Under the pieces are notes generated by a model. The model worked only from the letters and a program-made list of their open reading frames with translations, was not told where the DNA came from and made no database searches. A stretch of 64,000 nucleotides of DNA from Thermoanaerobaculia bacterium. GTDB taxonomy: Bacteria > Acidobacteriota > Thermoanaerobaculia > Multivoradales > Multivoraceae. Both the position numbers and the translations under genes were made by a program. Shown one piece after another: positions 10,660-22,903 of the stretch; position 1 is the first letter of the stretch, and every line of letters starts with the position of its first letter. Location of the stretch: contig OY761158.1 of the NCBI GenBank assembly GCA_963664405.1, forward strand, positions 6,400,001-6,464,000, read 5' to 3'.

Positions 10660-11901
10660 CTACGAGCTCGACGGGATGTCGCTGAACGGAACGTCGCGGT
10701 CGACGCGGATGTCACCCGGCAGGCCGAGCACGCGCTCGGCGATGACGTTCTTGAGGATCTCGTCGGTGCCTCCCTCGATGCGGATGCCGAGCGAGCGAAG
10801 AACCATGGCCTGGAACTTGGCGTCGTAGTCCGCCTGCGCCGGGTCGACGAGCACTCCGCCCATCTCCTGCAGCTCGAGGGCGAGACTGGCCGCCTCCTGC
10901 ATTGTGTTGCCGACGACGACCTTGCCGATCGAGTTCTCCGGTCCCGGATCCTTACCGGCGGAAATGGCGGAAACCGATCGCCAGCCAACGTATTCGAGCC
11001 CGCTGGTGCGGACATACCAGTCAGCCAGCTTGTCTCGCACCGCCGGATCGTCGATCGCAGGACCGTGGTCGGTGTCAACGCGCTTCGCGTAGTCGAAAAT
11101 CTCGGCGAAACCGGTGTTGATACTGCCGCCCAAGGTGGCGCGCTCATTCATGAGGGTGGTCAAACACACCTGCCAGCCGGCGCCGACCTCACCCAGGCGC
11201 TGGGCGTCGGGCACCCTTAGATTGGTGAAGAAAACCTCATTGAACTGGGACTCTCCCGACACCTGCTTGATCGGCCGGATCTCGACCGCGGGGTCGGTCA
11301 TGTCGATGAAGAAGTAGGTGAGCCCCTTGTGCTTGGCCAGCGAGGGGTCGCTGCGGGTAACGATGATGGCGTGCTCGCTGTGCTGTGCGCCCGAGGTCCA
11401 GATCTTCTGGCCGTTGATCACCCACTCGTCGCCGTCGCGCTTGGCGCGGGTGCGAATGCCGGCGAGATCCGAGCCCGCCCCCGGCTCGCTGAAGAGCTGG
11501 CACCAGATCTCGTCGCCGCGGGCCATCGGCGGCAGCAAGCGCTCCTTCTGCTCGTCGCTGGCGTAGGCCATGAGGGTCGGGGCTGCCATGCCGTGACCGA
11601 TGACGAAGATCCCGGTAAGGGCCGCGTAGGCGCCTTCTTCCTGATTCCAGATGATGCGTTCGATCGGGGTCGCGTCGCGGCCGCCGAACTGCTTGGGCCA
11701 GTGCAGGCAGGCCCATCCGCCCTCGTACTTCTTCGCCTGCCAGTCACGGCTGTGCTTGAGGTACTCTTCGGCCTCGAAGGGAGGTTTGCCGAAGGCCGCC
11801 TTCTGCAGCGCCGGCAGAAGATGCTTGGGCTCGTTGGTGTCGAGCCAGGCCCTCACCTCGGCGCGAAACTCGGCCTGTTCCGTGGTGTCGCTGAGATCCA
11901 T
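10660..11901 (-). CDS. Acyl-CoA dehydrogenase
   Basis: WCQLFSEPGAGSDLAG, INGQKIWTS, FNEVFF, IEGGTDEI. Confidence 0.93.
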   Translation of the reverse strand: MDLSDTTEQAEFRAEVRAWLDTNEPKHLLPALQKAAFGKPPFEAEEYLKHSRDWQAKKYEGGWACLHWPKQFGGRDATPIERIIWNQEEGAYAALTGIFVIGHGMAAPTLMAYASDEQKERLLPPMARGDEIWCQLFSEPGAGSDLAGIRTRAKRDGDEWVINGQKIWTSGAQHSEHAIIVTRSDPSLAKHKGLTYFFIDMTDPAVEIRPIKQVSGESQFNEVFFTNLRVPDAQRLGEVGAGWQVCLTTLMNERATLGGSINTGFAEIFDYAKRVDTDHGPAIDDPAVRDKLADWYVRTSGLEYVGWRSVSAISAGKDPGPENSIGKVVVGNTMQEAASLALELQEMGGVLVDPAQADYDAKFQAMVLRSLGIRIEGGTDEILKNVIAERVLGLPGDIRVDRDVPFSDIPSSS

Positions 11902-12076
11902 GTCAGGCGCCGTCGTTTCTAATCGTCGTCGCAGTCGGGAGTGATCGGGCTGACGGGGCAATCGTCATCGTCGCTATCGCGACAACCCAACGCAGCCGAG
12001 TCTTTTTTTACCATTTATCCTGAGCCGACCCCGCCCAGAAACGTACCATCATGAACCTGGTTTCGCAAAGAGAGCC

Positions 12077-12262
12077 GTGAGGCGGGCGCTTCCCACTCTG
12101 ACCGCGTCGCTGCTGGCCACGGCGCACATCTGGGCCCTGTGGCACTACGGTGCGGCGCAGCCCTCCGTGCGCTACGTTCTCTTCCTGCTCGTGCTGCCGT
12201 TGGTGGCGGTCACGATCGTGGCCCTCCCGGCGGAGTACCTTCTCCGTCCTCGAAAGCACTAG
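12077..12262 (+). CDS. Small two-TM membrane protein
   Basis: 61-aa ORF with two hydrophobic stretches, upstream of the sugar dehydrogenase. Confidence 0.5.
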   Translation: MRRALPTLTASLLATAHIWALWHYGAAQPSVRYVLFLLVLPLVAVTIVALPAEYLLRPRKH

Positions 12263-12310
12263 CCCCGAAAGCTTCGTTGTACAGTGCCTCGAGATGGAGG
12301 AGTATGGACT

Positions 12311-13639
12311 ATGGCCGGAGCTCTGATTGCCGATCGGCTTGCCAGAGAAATCGACGATCGGAGCGCGCTTGTGGGAGTCGTCGGGTTGGGCTACGTCGGT
12401 CTCCCGTTGGCACTTACCTTTGCCGAGGCCGGTTTTCGTGTGCTCGGGTTCGACACTGACAAGGCGAAGATCGAGGCCTTGGAAGAAGGTCGCTCCTATA
12501 TCGGTCACCTCGGCCCAGAACGGCTCGCCGCGTGTCGGGACGGCGGGCGCTTTGAGGTCACCTCTTCGTTGGCTCGTCTCGGCGAGCCCGACGCAATCTT
12601 GATCTGCGTTCCGACGCCGATCACCGACGACCGTGAGCCCGATCTCTCTTTCGTCGAGGCGACGGTCGAGGCGATCGCCGAGACTCTTCGAGCGGGCCAG
12701 CTGGTGGTCCTCGAGTCGACCACCTATCCGGGGACGACGGAGGAACTGCTTTTGGGGAAGCTGTCGGAGAATGGTCTCGAGTGCGGTCGTGACTACTTTC
12801 TGGCCTTCTCACCCGAGCGGGAAAACCCCGGTGACAGCGAGCACAGCACCGACAAGATGCCCAAGGTGGTGGGAGGCGTCGACGACGAGAGCGGCGACCT
12901 GGCCGAAGCCCTATACGGCGCGGTGGTCCCGCGCACGGTGCGGGTGTCTTCGGCGGCGGTGGCCGAAGCGGCGAAGCTCACCGAGAACATCTTCCGTGCG
13001 GTCAATATCGCCCTCGTCAACGAGCTCAAGATGATTTACGAGCCGATGGGGATCGATGTCTGGGAGGTGCTCGACGCCGCTGCGACGAAACCCTTCGGAT
13101 TTATGAAGTTCACTCCCGGCCCCGGTCTTGGAGGGCACTGCATTCCAGTCGATCCGTTCTATCTGGCGTGGAAGGCCCGCCAGTACGGAGAGGAGGCTCG
13201 CTTCATCGAGCTCGCCGGCGAGGTGAATGCGGCCATGCCGGCGTACGTAGTCGGGAAGCTGCGAGAGGCCCTGCAGGAGCGAGGGATGGAGTTGTCGGGG
13301 AGTCGAGTGCTCCTCCTCGGACTGGCCTACAAGGCCGACGTCGACGACCCCAGAGAGAGTCCGGCTTTCGAGATTCTCGACCAACTCCTAAGCGAGGGGG
13401 CGGTAGTCGCGTACCACGACCCGCACATCCCCTCGGCGCCCCGAATGCGCTCCTGGCCCGATCTTCCCGAGCTCGCTTCGGTCGAGCTCACGCCGAGCAC
13501 GCTCGCGGGACACCATGCGGTGGTCGTGGTTACGCCGCATCAGGCGATCGATTGGCACCTCGTGGCGGAGGAGGCGCAACTGATCGTCGACACCCGGGGG
13601 GTATATCGCAAGCCTCGTTCCAACTTGGTCAAGGCCTAG
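12311..13639 (+). CDS. UDP-N-acetylhexosamine/nucleotide-sugar dehydrogenase
   Basis: GLGYVG, ICVPTP, ESTTYPGTT, FSPER, GPGLGGHCIP, DPRESP. Confidence 0.93.
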   Translation: MAGALIADRLAREIDDRSALVGVVGLGYVGLPLALTFAEAGFRVLGFDTDKAKIEALEEGRSYIGHLGPERLAACRDGGRFEVTSSLARLGEPDAILICVPTPITDDREPDLSFVEATVEAIAETLRAGQLVVLESTTYPGTTEELLLGKLSENGLECGRDYFLAFSPERENPGDSEHSTDKMPKVVGGVDDESGDLAEALYGAVVPRTVRVSSAAVAEAAKLTENIFRAVNIALVNELKMIYEPMGIDVWEVLDAAATKPFGFMKFTPGPGLGGHCIPVDPFYLAWKARQYGEEARFIELAGEVNAAMPAYVVGKLREALQERGMELSGSRVLLLGLAYKADVDDPRESPAFEILDQLLSEGAVVAYHDPHIPSAPRMRSWPDLPELASVELTPSTLAGHHAVVVVTPHQAIDWHLVAEEAQLIVDTRGVYRKPRSNLVKA

Positions 13640-13817
13640 CCTGGATTATTCATGAAGCTCCTACTGCGGTGCCGCAGCTGCCCGAATCTACTGCGTTGCG
13701 CTCGGTCGGGCCCCTCGACGTATTGCCAAATACGCCTGCGGTGCCCTCGGTTGCGACGCCTTGTATCTCCGGGCATCTGCGGCACCTCGCTACGGACCTC
13801 ATGAATAGTCCAGGCTA
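13637..13817 (-). repeat. TA-flanked palindromic element, family B (adds 179 nt), on a stop codon
   Basis: TIR TAGCCTGGATTATTCATGA...TCATGAATAGTCCAGGCTA; core CCTCGACGTATTGCCAAATACGCCTGCG related to family A. Confidence 0.85.
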
Positions 13818-13883
13818 GACCCGATTCGAAGACCCCACTCCCACGATTCTGCGTGTTGGCGCGTCGCCGCGAGCCTCGTCAGC

Positions 13884-15617
13884 TCAGTCGACCACGAGTC
13901 TCTCCGCTTCCAGCAGCGGAATCAGCTTCTCCGGGGGTAACGCCTTGTGAAAAAGGTGCCCCTGGAACTCATCGCAGTCGCTCTCTCGCAGGAACTCGAA
14001 CTGACGTCGGGTCTCCACGCCTTCGGCGACCACCTTCAATTTGAGACGGTGGGCCATGGAGATGATCGCCGCGGTTAGGATCGCCGTGTCGGAGCCGGTC
14101 CCCGCATCCTGGACGTAGCTCCGGTCGATCTTGATCGTGTCGACGGGAATTCGGCGCAGCAGTTGGAGAGAGGAGTACCCGGTGCCGAAGTCGTCGAGGT
14201 AGAGCCCGAGACCCATGGACTTCAGAATCCCCAGGGCGGAGATGGTCGCCTCGTCGTCTTCGAGGATGGTGCGCTCGGTGATCTCGAGCCGGAGTTGGGA
14301 GGTCGGCAGTGCCAACCCCCTGATCAGGGTGGCGATCCTTCCCACCTGCTCGGGACTCCTGATTTGCACGCCCGAGATATTTACCGATAGAGGAACCGAG
14401 ACGAGGCCGGCCTCGCGCCACTCCTGCCACTGCTTGCAGGCAGTCTCCAGCACCCATTCGCCGATAGGGATGATCAGGCCGCTCCTTTCTGCAATGGGAA
14501 TGAACTTCTCCGGTGGAATGAAGCCTTCTCTGGGATCCGCCCACCTTATGAGGGCCTCCGCCCCGGCCAGCTTGTCGCTCAGGGCATTTCGGATCGGCTG
14601 ATAGTGGATGGAGAACGCTTTGCTCGCCAGAGCCTCCCGCAGCCTGCTCTCGAGGTCGAGACTCCGAGCGTCGCTTCGCTTCTCGGGCTTGGAGAGGTGG
14701 CGAGCCTGGCTGCGTGGACTGAGGCACGTCGTTTCTTTAGCCTTGTCGATCAGAGTGTCTGGGTCTCGACCATCGCCCGGGAAGATGGCCATCCCGACTC
14801 GCGCGGCGAGTCTGATCTCCCTCGCCCCTGGGCTGAGGGGTTGGGCCAGAGTTTCGTGAAGCTCTTGGATGACCCTGGCGGCGCCGTCATCCTTGCTGGG
14901 ATCCTGGAGCATGACGATGAACTCGCTATCTCCCACGCAAGCGACCTTGTCGCTCTCGCGTATGACCTTCGAGATGCGTTCGGCTACCAGTCTCAGCAAC
15001 TTGTCCCGGTCGGGCCGTCCGAGCGGTTGGTTACCGCCCCTGAAGCTGTCTAGATCGATGAAAACTACCGCCACGTGCTGGTGGCTGCGCTTTGCGCTAA
15101 CTATGGCGAAGTGCAAATCCTCTCGGAAGGACGCTCGATTCTGAAGACCGGTCACACCATCGTGGCGGGCCAGGAAGATCTCTTGTGTCCGAGCCGCGTG
15201 AAGTTCCATGAGAAGACGATGTCGAGAGAGCGCACCGAGGACGGTGTGCTCGAGAAGGCGCTGATTCCACCCTCTCGTCACCAGAAAGTCCTGCACGCCA
15301 TCGCACCGGGTCGTCAGCTTCCGCCCACGCTCGTCGTCTTCGACCAGCGCGACAATGGGAGTTCGCCTGCTCTGCCACAGCCGCTCGAGATCTGCCGACC
15401 GGACCTCCTCGTGCCCCCTGGTCTCCACGACCAGGAGGTCATAGTTGGCCCCTGCCAACGCGGCCTCTGCATCGTCGAGGTCGTCGGTGTGTGACACCTC
15501 TATGTTGGCCGTCGTGATCCGCTCGAGTGCGTGCCTAATACGCCACGCTTCCCAACGGTGGCTGTTTACGAGGAGAAGTCTCACGGCCTCGACCTTCCCC
15601 CAAAACCCGCAAAACAC
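13884..15617 (-). CDS. REC-like/GGDEF(degenerate)/EAL c-di-GMP phosphodiesterase
   Basis: EAL, LEITE, DDFGTGYSSL, VVAEGVE intact; the GGDEF site reads VGDSEF. Confidence 0.9.
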   Translation of the reverse strand: MFCGFWGKVEAVRLLLVNSHRWEAWRIRHALERITTANIEVSHTDDLDDAEAALAGANYDLLVVETRGHEEVRSADLERLWQSRRTPIVALVEDDERGRKLTTRCDGVQDFLVTRGWNQRLLEHTVLGALSRHRLLMELHAARTQEIFLARHDGVTGLQNRASFREDLHFAIVSAKRSHQHVAVVFIDLDSFRGGNQPLGRPDRDKLLRLVAERISKVIRESDKVACVGDSEFIVMLQDPSKDDGAARVIQELHETLAQPLSPGAREIRLAARVGMAIFPGDGRDPDTLIDKAKETTCLSPRSQARHLSKPEKRSDARSLDLESRLREALASKAFSIHYQPIRNALSDKLAGAEALIRWADPREGFIPPEKFIPIAERSGLIIPIGEWVLETACKQWQEWREAGLVSVPLSVNISGVQIRSPEQVGRIATLIRGLALPTSQLRLEITERTILEDDEATISALGILKSMGLGLYLDDFGTGYSSLQLLRRIPVDTIKIDRSYVQDAGTGSDTAILTAAIISMAHRLKLKVVAEGVETRRQFEFLRESDCDEFQGHLFHKALPPEKLIPLLEAERLVVD

Positions 15618-15810
15618 GGGGTGACGCCTCGACGCCTAGAGAGCCCAAGCCGGCGGCCAACGTTGGGCGCCCTCAGATGAATCGCTGTTGGGCCGAGAAG
15701 TCTAAAATACGAGGGCCCGATGGGTCAAAGAGCTGGATCGTCATACAAGTATGCGCTCCCTCTCGAGCTTGTTGCAGGCGGCCAGCACGATGCGGCCGCC
15801 GAGCGCCGTC

Positions 15811-16701
15811 TTACCTGCGGGAGCGAGGTTTCATGTGCCTCGCTGCAAACGACGACGGCCCATCCCAGACGGGACTATCGGCCCGCCAAGGTTGCGGGAC
15901 TTTGATGTAGACCGAGATCCACTGCTTGCTGCGCCGGGCAATAGCGTGGCAGGTGAGAGAGAGGCCGCTCGCGCTCACGCAGTCGAAGACGCCCGTGTAA
16001 CGCTCCGTGGTATAGGGAGTGAGAAAGCCGACCCGTTGGTCTCGAATCCAGACGGAAACGCAGGCCACGGGCGGCCCGTCTCCGGTGTCGTCTTGGTCGG
16101 GCCGCTGGAGCCGCGCCGTAACGCTGCGGTGCTTCTCAGAACCGAGAACGCCTTCGAGGAAGGGCTGGCAGTCCTGCACTCCGGTCACGGCGACTTCATC
16201 GCCGGGGGGGAGGAAGGGCGTTTCGGGCGAGGATGGCCGCGGCGGATTGCCGGCAAGTAGACAGATGCCGAGAAGGTCGTCGCTGACCTGACGCCGGTTC
16301 CATCCTGCCTTGAGGCGAGCGTGGCAAGACGCTGGTTTCCCTCGAGACCAGAGGTCCTTGATGAGCTGGTTGTACTCGGGAACGTCCGCGGGTGCGATGA
16401 AGCCGACTGTCATTCCGCCCACGTCGACCCTGATGTTCTTGGTGTCGACGCGCTTCCCGGGCTCGGGCACCAGCTCAGCAAGTACCAACAGGCTCCTGCT
16501 CCCAGGCGTCCGAGGATCTCCCCCATAGGCTGCCTGGAGAGCCTTCCGGCGACTTTCCTGGACAACTACTTCGCACTCGAGCTCGGAAGCGATGGTGGGT
16601 ACTTGAAGCCACGAGGGAGAAACTATCGCCTCGGGCCGCGGTGGAAGGGTGTCTCTGGGGGCGGATTTGAAGATCTCGCCGAACAACTCGAGCAACTGCA
16701 A
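15811..16701 (-). CDS. Hypothetical protein with two HIRAN-like repeats
   Basis: LVPEPGKRVDTKNIRVDVGGMTVGFI and VSVWIRDQRVGFL resemble degenerate HIRAN motifs. Confidence 0.5.
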   Translation of the reverse strand: MQLLELFGEIFKSAPRDTLPPRPEAIVSPSWLQVPTIASELECEVVVQESRRKALQAAYGGDPRTPGSRSLLVLAELVPEPGKRVDTKNIRVDVGGMTVGFIAPADVPEYNQLIKDLWSRGKPASCHARLKAGWNRRQVSDDLLGICLLAGNPPRPSSPETPFLPPGDEVAVTGVQDCQPFLEGVLGSEKHRSVTARLQRPDQDDTGDGPPVACVSVWIRDQRVGFLTPYTTERYTGVFDCVSASGLSLTCHAIARRSKQWISVYIKVPQPWRADSPVWDGPSSFAARHMKPRSRR

Positions 16702-16766
16702 TGCTGACTCTCCTCCACGGAGGGGCCGTAGTGTATCACCTCGGGGAGCCCCCTCAGGGACCTCGT

Positions 16767-18070
<1,304 letters not shown>

Positions 18071-18086
<16 letters not shown>

Positions 18087-19588
18087 TTCCTCTTCACGGC
18101 TTCCCGATCCACGGAACCGTCCTCGCTCTTGGGTAGCTCTCTTGTGACCTCAAGATATCCCGGGCGCTTGAAATGGGCAATACGCTCGCCGACGAAGCTA
18201 CGCACCTCTTCGAGGCTGAGCAAGGAGCGCTTGGTCTCGATGACCGCCTTTATGCCCTCACCCCACTTCGGGTCCGGCACTCCGAAAACGCAGACTCCGC
18301 GAACGCTCTCCATCTGGAGGACGACACTCTCCACTTCGGCGGGATAGACGTTCTCGCCCCCGGGCTTGATCAGCTCCTTTTCGGGCTTGCGTTTGACATA
18401 GAAAAGATTGCCTTCTTCGTCGAAACGACCCACATCGCCGGTGTGATGCCAACCGCCGCGAAAGGTGTGCTCGGTGACTTCGGGCTGCTGGTCGTAGCCC
18501 AAGAAGATGAGCGGGCCGCGCGCCACGATCTCGCCCGGCTCTCCCGCCGGCACTTCGTTGTCGTCGTCGTCGACGAGCTTGACCTGAGCGAGGCTGCTGG
18601 TCTTGCCCGCGGCGCCCGGGAGATCGGTATAGCGCTGGATGGTGACGAAGCCGGAGGTCTCGGTCTGGCCGAACCCGGTCCAGAACTCGGCTCTCTCGGT
18701 TTCTTCGTGAAGACGTTCCATGGTTGCCGGCGCGTCGAGCCCCGAGACGACACGAAGGCTCGGAAGACGGGTGCCGGCGAGCGCGGCGGCGTCGAGGACA
18801 TTGGCGAGCAGCGGTGGGAAGTCGCTGAGGAAGGTGACCTGGTGCTGGTCGATCAACCGCACCGCGTCCTCAGCGTCGAACTTGGGCATGACGACATTGG
18901 CTCCGCCGGCCTGAAAGACGGCAAGGGCGTTGCCCAGCCCGGCGATGTGGAAGAGGGGAAGGGCGAGGAGGTTGCGATCGGTGGACGACATGGCCATCGC
19001 ACCGATCTGTTGAGCGCTGGAGGCGAGAATGTTGACGTGGGAGAGCATCGCACCACGAGGAATGATGTCGACAGCCGCGGTGGCGATGACCGCAAAAGGG
19101 TCGGAAGATTCGACGATTGCCTGGGGCGTGGTGGTGTCGCTGTACAGGAGCTCGAAGGCGGTCCAGCCTGGCTCAGGGTCTCCGTCGAAGACTGCGCGCA
19201 GAGAGAGGGTTTCGTCGTTCGTGACCTCTTCGGGAACTTTCTCCATCGAGAACTGGTCGGCGACGAAGGCGCTGGGTTTCGCGCGTTCCAGCATGCGCTC
19301 GATCTCTTGGCCGGACCAGCGCCAGTTCAGGGGATACGCGACGAAGCCTTGGCGGGCACAGGCAAGATAGAGCTCGAAAAAGGCGGCGAAATTCTGCGCC
19401 AAGATGCAGATCCGATCTCCTTGGGAGAGCCCGGTCGCGGTCAGTCCGGAGCCCAGGGCATCGACTCGCGTCAGTAACTGAGAGTAGTTGAGGGTGTCGC
19501 CGGTTTCGGTGACCAGGGCAAGGTCAGCCGACTGAGCTTGGGCGTTGCGAGCGAGCAAGTGGTAGAGGGTGAAGCTGCGAGGATTCAT
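18071..19588 (-). CDS. Acyl-CoA synthetase (AMP-binding)
   Basis: LPLFHIAG, GFGQTETS, HHTGDVG, IKPGGENVYPAEVE. Confidence 0.92.
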
Positions 19589-19662
19589 CTGCGACGAGTA
19601 TATGACGGGGTTGCGGTCTCGCCTGGGCACTTCGAAGGTCCGAAGACGGTTACAATCCGCGC

Positions 19663-20403
19663 ATGCAGCTACAGACTTCTACCTGGCTAGAGGTCGAGAC
19701 CTATCTCGCGTCCTCGACCGGCCTCCTGATCCCGATCGGCGCCACCGAGCAGCATGGTCCCAACGGCCTTATCGGCACCGACGCCATCTGCCCAGAGACG
19801 GTTGCCAGGAGGGTCGGCGATTCGCTCGGCGCGCTGGTGGGACCGACCCTGAATGTAGGGATGTCTCAACATCACATGGCCTTTGCGGGCTCGATGACTC
19901 TGCGCCCTTCGACTCTCATTTCGGTGGTGCGTGACGTTGTCGAGTCGGTGGCTCGCCATGGCTTTGACTCCGTCTATTTCCTCAACGGGCACGGCGGCAA
20001 TATCGCCACCGTGAATACTGCGTTCGGGGAGATATACGGGAGCGGTTTGCGAACGGGTAGCGGCGCGCCGGTTCGACTTCGACTCCGCAACTGGTGGAGT
20101 GGAAAGCGGGTGAACAAGTTGGGGCCCGAGCTCTTCGCCAACTCCGACGGCGCCCACGCCACCGCTTCCGAGGTGTCGCTGAGCTGGTATGCGCATCCCG
20201 ACGCGGTGAAAAGGGTGGAGATGAGTCCGAAGGTCGCACCCTACGGTCCGATTCGCGACGCCGAGGACTACCGCAAGCGCTTTCCGGATGGGCGCATCGG
20301 ATCGGACCCGAGCTTGGCCACGGTCGAGGCGGGGGAGAAACTCTGTGCTGCCGCGGTGGCCGACGTTGAAGACGACTATCGGCAGTTTCTGAAGGGGGGC
20401 TGA
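19663..20403 (+). CDS. Creatininase family protein
   Basis: PIGATEQHGP...GTD, NGHGGN, HATASEVS. Confidence 0.92.
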   Translation: MQLQTSTWLEVETYLASSTGLLIPIGATEQHGPNGLIGTDAICPETVARRVGDSLGALVGPTLNVGMSQHHMAFAGSMTLRPSTLISVVRDVVESVARHGFDSVYFLNGHGGNIATVNTAFGEIYGSGLRTGSGAPVRLRLRNWWSGKRVNKLGPELFANSDGAHATASEVSLSWYAHPDAVKRVEMSPKVAPYGPIRDAEDYRKRFPDGRIGSDPSLATVEAGEKLCAAAVADVEDDYRQFLKGG

Positions 20404-20405
20404 GC

Positions 20406-20993
20406 TTGGAAGGTGAGGGCGTAGCCTCGCCCGAGGCGAGCGAGCGAGTATTCAAGTGCAGTCCGGGTGGGGCAGTGGCTTTGGGAAAACGCCGGATCAG
20501 GCGACTGCTCTTGGGCTTGGCGCTCCTCATGGCGGGCCTGGGGGTTTGGATGTTCGTGGTCGGTCGTTGGGGCCCCGGCCTGATCTGCTGCGGAGCCGTG
20601 GCGCTGATCTTGTTGTCTCTGAGTATGAGTGGCGACCTCGACCCGCTGTGGCTGACTGTCAGCCGCGGTCGACTATCGGTGCAGATGCGTCGTAAGAGTC
20701 AGGCTCTCGAGCTTGTTTCGGTGACGTCGCGGCGCCTGGCCGCCGAGGAGCTCCGCCATCTCAGCTCGCTGAGCGCGGCTTCTGGAGTTATCTTCGCGAC
20801 CGCGAGCTTCGAATCCCACCTTCTTGGCGCCTTCGACCTCTTCGCTACCGATCTCGACAACGCGGTGGCAGTGGAGGTGGACGCGCCCCCGGAGCAGGAA
20901 GAGGATCGGATCTGCTGGGTGGTGACGCCGGACGACCCGGCCGGTTTTCTCGAGGCTGTTGAGATTGCCGGCGGCGCGGAAGCGCTCGAATAG
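20406..20993 (+). CDS. Hypothetical membrane protein
   Basis: Two TM segments then ...WVVTPDDPAGFLEAV (PH-like tail); operonic spacing. Confidence 0.6.
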   Translation: MEGEGVASPEASERVFKCSPGGAVALGKRRIRRLLLGLALLMAGLGVWMFVVGRWGPGLICCGAVALILLSLSMSGDLDPLWLTVSRGRLSVQMRRKSQALELVSVTSRRLAAEELRHLSSLSAASGVIFATASFESHLLGAFDLFATDLDNAVAVEVDAPPEQEEDRICWVVTPDDPAGFLEAVEIAGGAEALE

Positions 20994-21045
20994 CCTTTTC
21001 TGAAGTATTCTTCTTTCTTCTCAATGAGAACCAATGGAGGTAAGT

Positions 21046-21636
21046 ATGCGTAGAGCGTTGATTCTGTTTCTTGCAGTGATGCTTCTTGCAGGGTCCGGTG
21101 CAGTCATGGGGCAGGGCGGAAAGCCTAAGAGCCCGGCCGGAAAGGCGGCTACACAGGTGGGTGAGTCATGGATCGAGATCAGCTACGGCCGCCCCATTCT
21201 TCGCGGTCGCCAGGCTATTTTCGGCGAGGGAGAAAGCTACGGTCAGGCTCTCTTGAAGGGGGCCCCGATATGGCGCGCGGGTGCGAACGTGTCGACACGC
21301 CTCAAGACCGACCTCGATCTCAAGTTCGGTGACACCGTCGTGGCCGCCGGAGAGTACAGCGTGTTCATGGACCTCAAGGCTGGGGGCTGGACCTTCATCG
21401 TCTCCAACCACAACGCCCAGCTCGAGTTCGATAGGGACAACAAGAGCGCGATCTGGGGAGCCTACGGTTACACGCCGGAGAAGGATGTGGTGCGGGTGCC
21501 GATGACCCTGGAGACCACCGAGTTTTCGATCGACCAGCTCACCATCGGCTTTGCTGGCATGACCGATGAAGGCGGAGGTATCTACCTGATCTGGGACAAC
21601 CAGTTGGCGTCAGTGCCCTTCACTATCGAGAACTAG
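21046..21636 (+). CDS. DUF2911 domain secreted protein
   Basis: Signal peptide; YGRPILRGRQAIFG, IWRAGAN, AGEYS; GGAGG RBS. Confidence 0.85.
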   Translation: MRRALILFLAVMLLAGSGAVMGQGGKPKSPAGKAATQVGESWIEISYGRPILRGRQAIFGEGESYGQALLKGAPIWRAGANVSTRLKTDLDLKFGDTVVAAGEYSVFMDLKAGGWTFIVSNHNAQLEFDRDNKSAIWGAYGYTPEKDVVRVPMTLETTEFSIDQLTIGFAGMTDEGGGIYLIWDNQLASVPFTIEN

Positions 21637-21638
21637 AA

Positions 21639-22250
21639 CTAGAACCCCGATTTCAGGGCCGTATCGTCGACCACGTCTCCGTCGAGGTGGTGGGTGCAGT
21701 TGAGCAGACGGATTTTCCAGGGGGCGTCTTCTTCGATGATGGTGAGGGAGGTGTTGCCCCAACGCTCGGTCGACTCTGTGCCTGGGCTTCGGGTGAGGTG
21801 ATGAAGCTCGAAAGAGTGGCAGACGAGCCCGTGAGTCACGATTGCCAGATCTCCCTCGATTGCGGCGGCCTCCGCCACTCGCTGCCAGGCACGGGCGGCG
21901 CGCTCGTGGAAGACGTCCCAGCTCTCGCCTCCGGGAGGGGCATAGCCTTCGGCCATGGGGTCGAAGCCCAGCGAGGCGTAAGGCTGACCACGAAGGTCGC
22001 CGAAATTGCGCTCTTGGAGAAGAGGCTCGGGCTCGATCTCGACGCCAAGGCTCTCCTCTAGAGGCTCGGCGGTCATGTGTGCCCGGGTCAGATCGCTCGA
22101 CAGGATGCGCCGGATATTGGAACCACGAAGGCGAAGGGCGAGTCTCGCGGCTTGCGCCATGCCGCTCTCGTTGAGTGGGGTCTCCGGCACCTGGACCACA
22201 CGATCCTTGTTGCCGTCGGTTTCGCCATGCCGAATCAGGTAGATGGCCAT
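21639..22250 (-). CDS. Histidine phosphatase (phosphoglycerate mutase family)
   Basis: LIRHGET, SSDLTRA, ERNFG, VTHG. Confidence 0.92.
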   Translation of the reverse strand: MAIYLIRHGETDGNKDRVVQVPETPLNESGMAQAARLALRLRGSNIRRILSSDLTRAHMTAEPLEESLGVEIEPEPLLQERNFGDLRGQPYASLGFDPMAEGYAPPGGESWDVFHERAARAWQRVAEAAAIEGDLAIVTHGLVCHSFELHHLTRSPGTESTERWGNTSLTIIEEDAPWKIRLLNCTHHLDGDVVDDTALKSGF

Positions 22251-22283
22251 GGCGGCATACTATTCCAAGATCGAGTGAACGAT

Positions 22284-22742
22284 ATGGGTGATGCCGGACA
22301 GCAGAGCCCCTGGTATGCCGAGGGTCTCGAGTTCAGCTGCTCTGGCTGTGGTGACTGCTGCAGGGGCGAGGGATATGTATGGGTAAGTCCTGAGGAGATT
22401 GAGGCACTAGCGGACTTTCTCGGTATCGAGATCGCCGAGATGTCAAAGCGGTATCTGCGCAGCTTCGGTCCGGAGACCAGCTTGACCGAAAAGGCCAACT
22501 ACGACTGCATCTTCTGGGAGGGGCATTGCACGGTCTACGCCGCTCGGCCCGGTCAGTGCCGGACCTTCCCGTTCTGGCCCGACAACATCGCCAGTAAAGG
22601 GGCGTGGAATGAGCTCGAGCGGCAGTGTAGGGGAGCTGGGCAGGGCGAGCACTACGACCTGATCCAGATCCGGAACCTGTCACAGGGCCGCGGCAAGACC
22701 GAGAATGGCCCGCCGGAAGGGGGCTGTTGCGGTTCGGGTTAG
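22284..22742 (+). CDS. YkgJ-family cysteine-cluster protein
   Basis: CSGCGDCC...CIF...CTVYAARPGQCRTFPFW. Confidence 0.88.
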   Translation: MGDAGQQSPWYAEGLEFSCSGCGDCCRGEGYVWVSPEEIEALADFLGIEIAEMSKRYLRSFGPETSLTEKANYDCIFWEGHCTVYAARPGQCRTFPFWPDNIASKGAWNELERQCRGAGQGEHYDLIQIRNLSQGRGKTENGPPEGGCCGSG

Positions 22743-22903
22743 ACCAGCGTTTCCAAAGTTCGTGTTGCATAGCTCGAGGTCATTCTGTTCGCTGGCCAGG
22801 CGCGCCGACGCAGGCATATTGGGCAATATGTCGAGGAGGTGCAACGTCGCCAGCGGGCAGAAGGGGCCGAGATATGTGCGCGAACTTTGGAAACGCTGGT
22901 CTA
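22740..22903 (+). repeat. TA-flanked palindromic element, family A short form (adds 162 nt), between convergent stop codons
   Basis: Same TIRs; its two ends supply the TAG stops of both flanking genes. Confidence 0.93.

Noticed and set aside
15618-15810. Possible c-di-GMP riboswitch upstream of the EAL gene
   Set aside because: I could not recognise the conserved motifs by eye.
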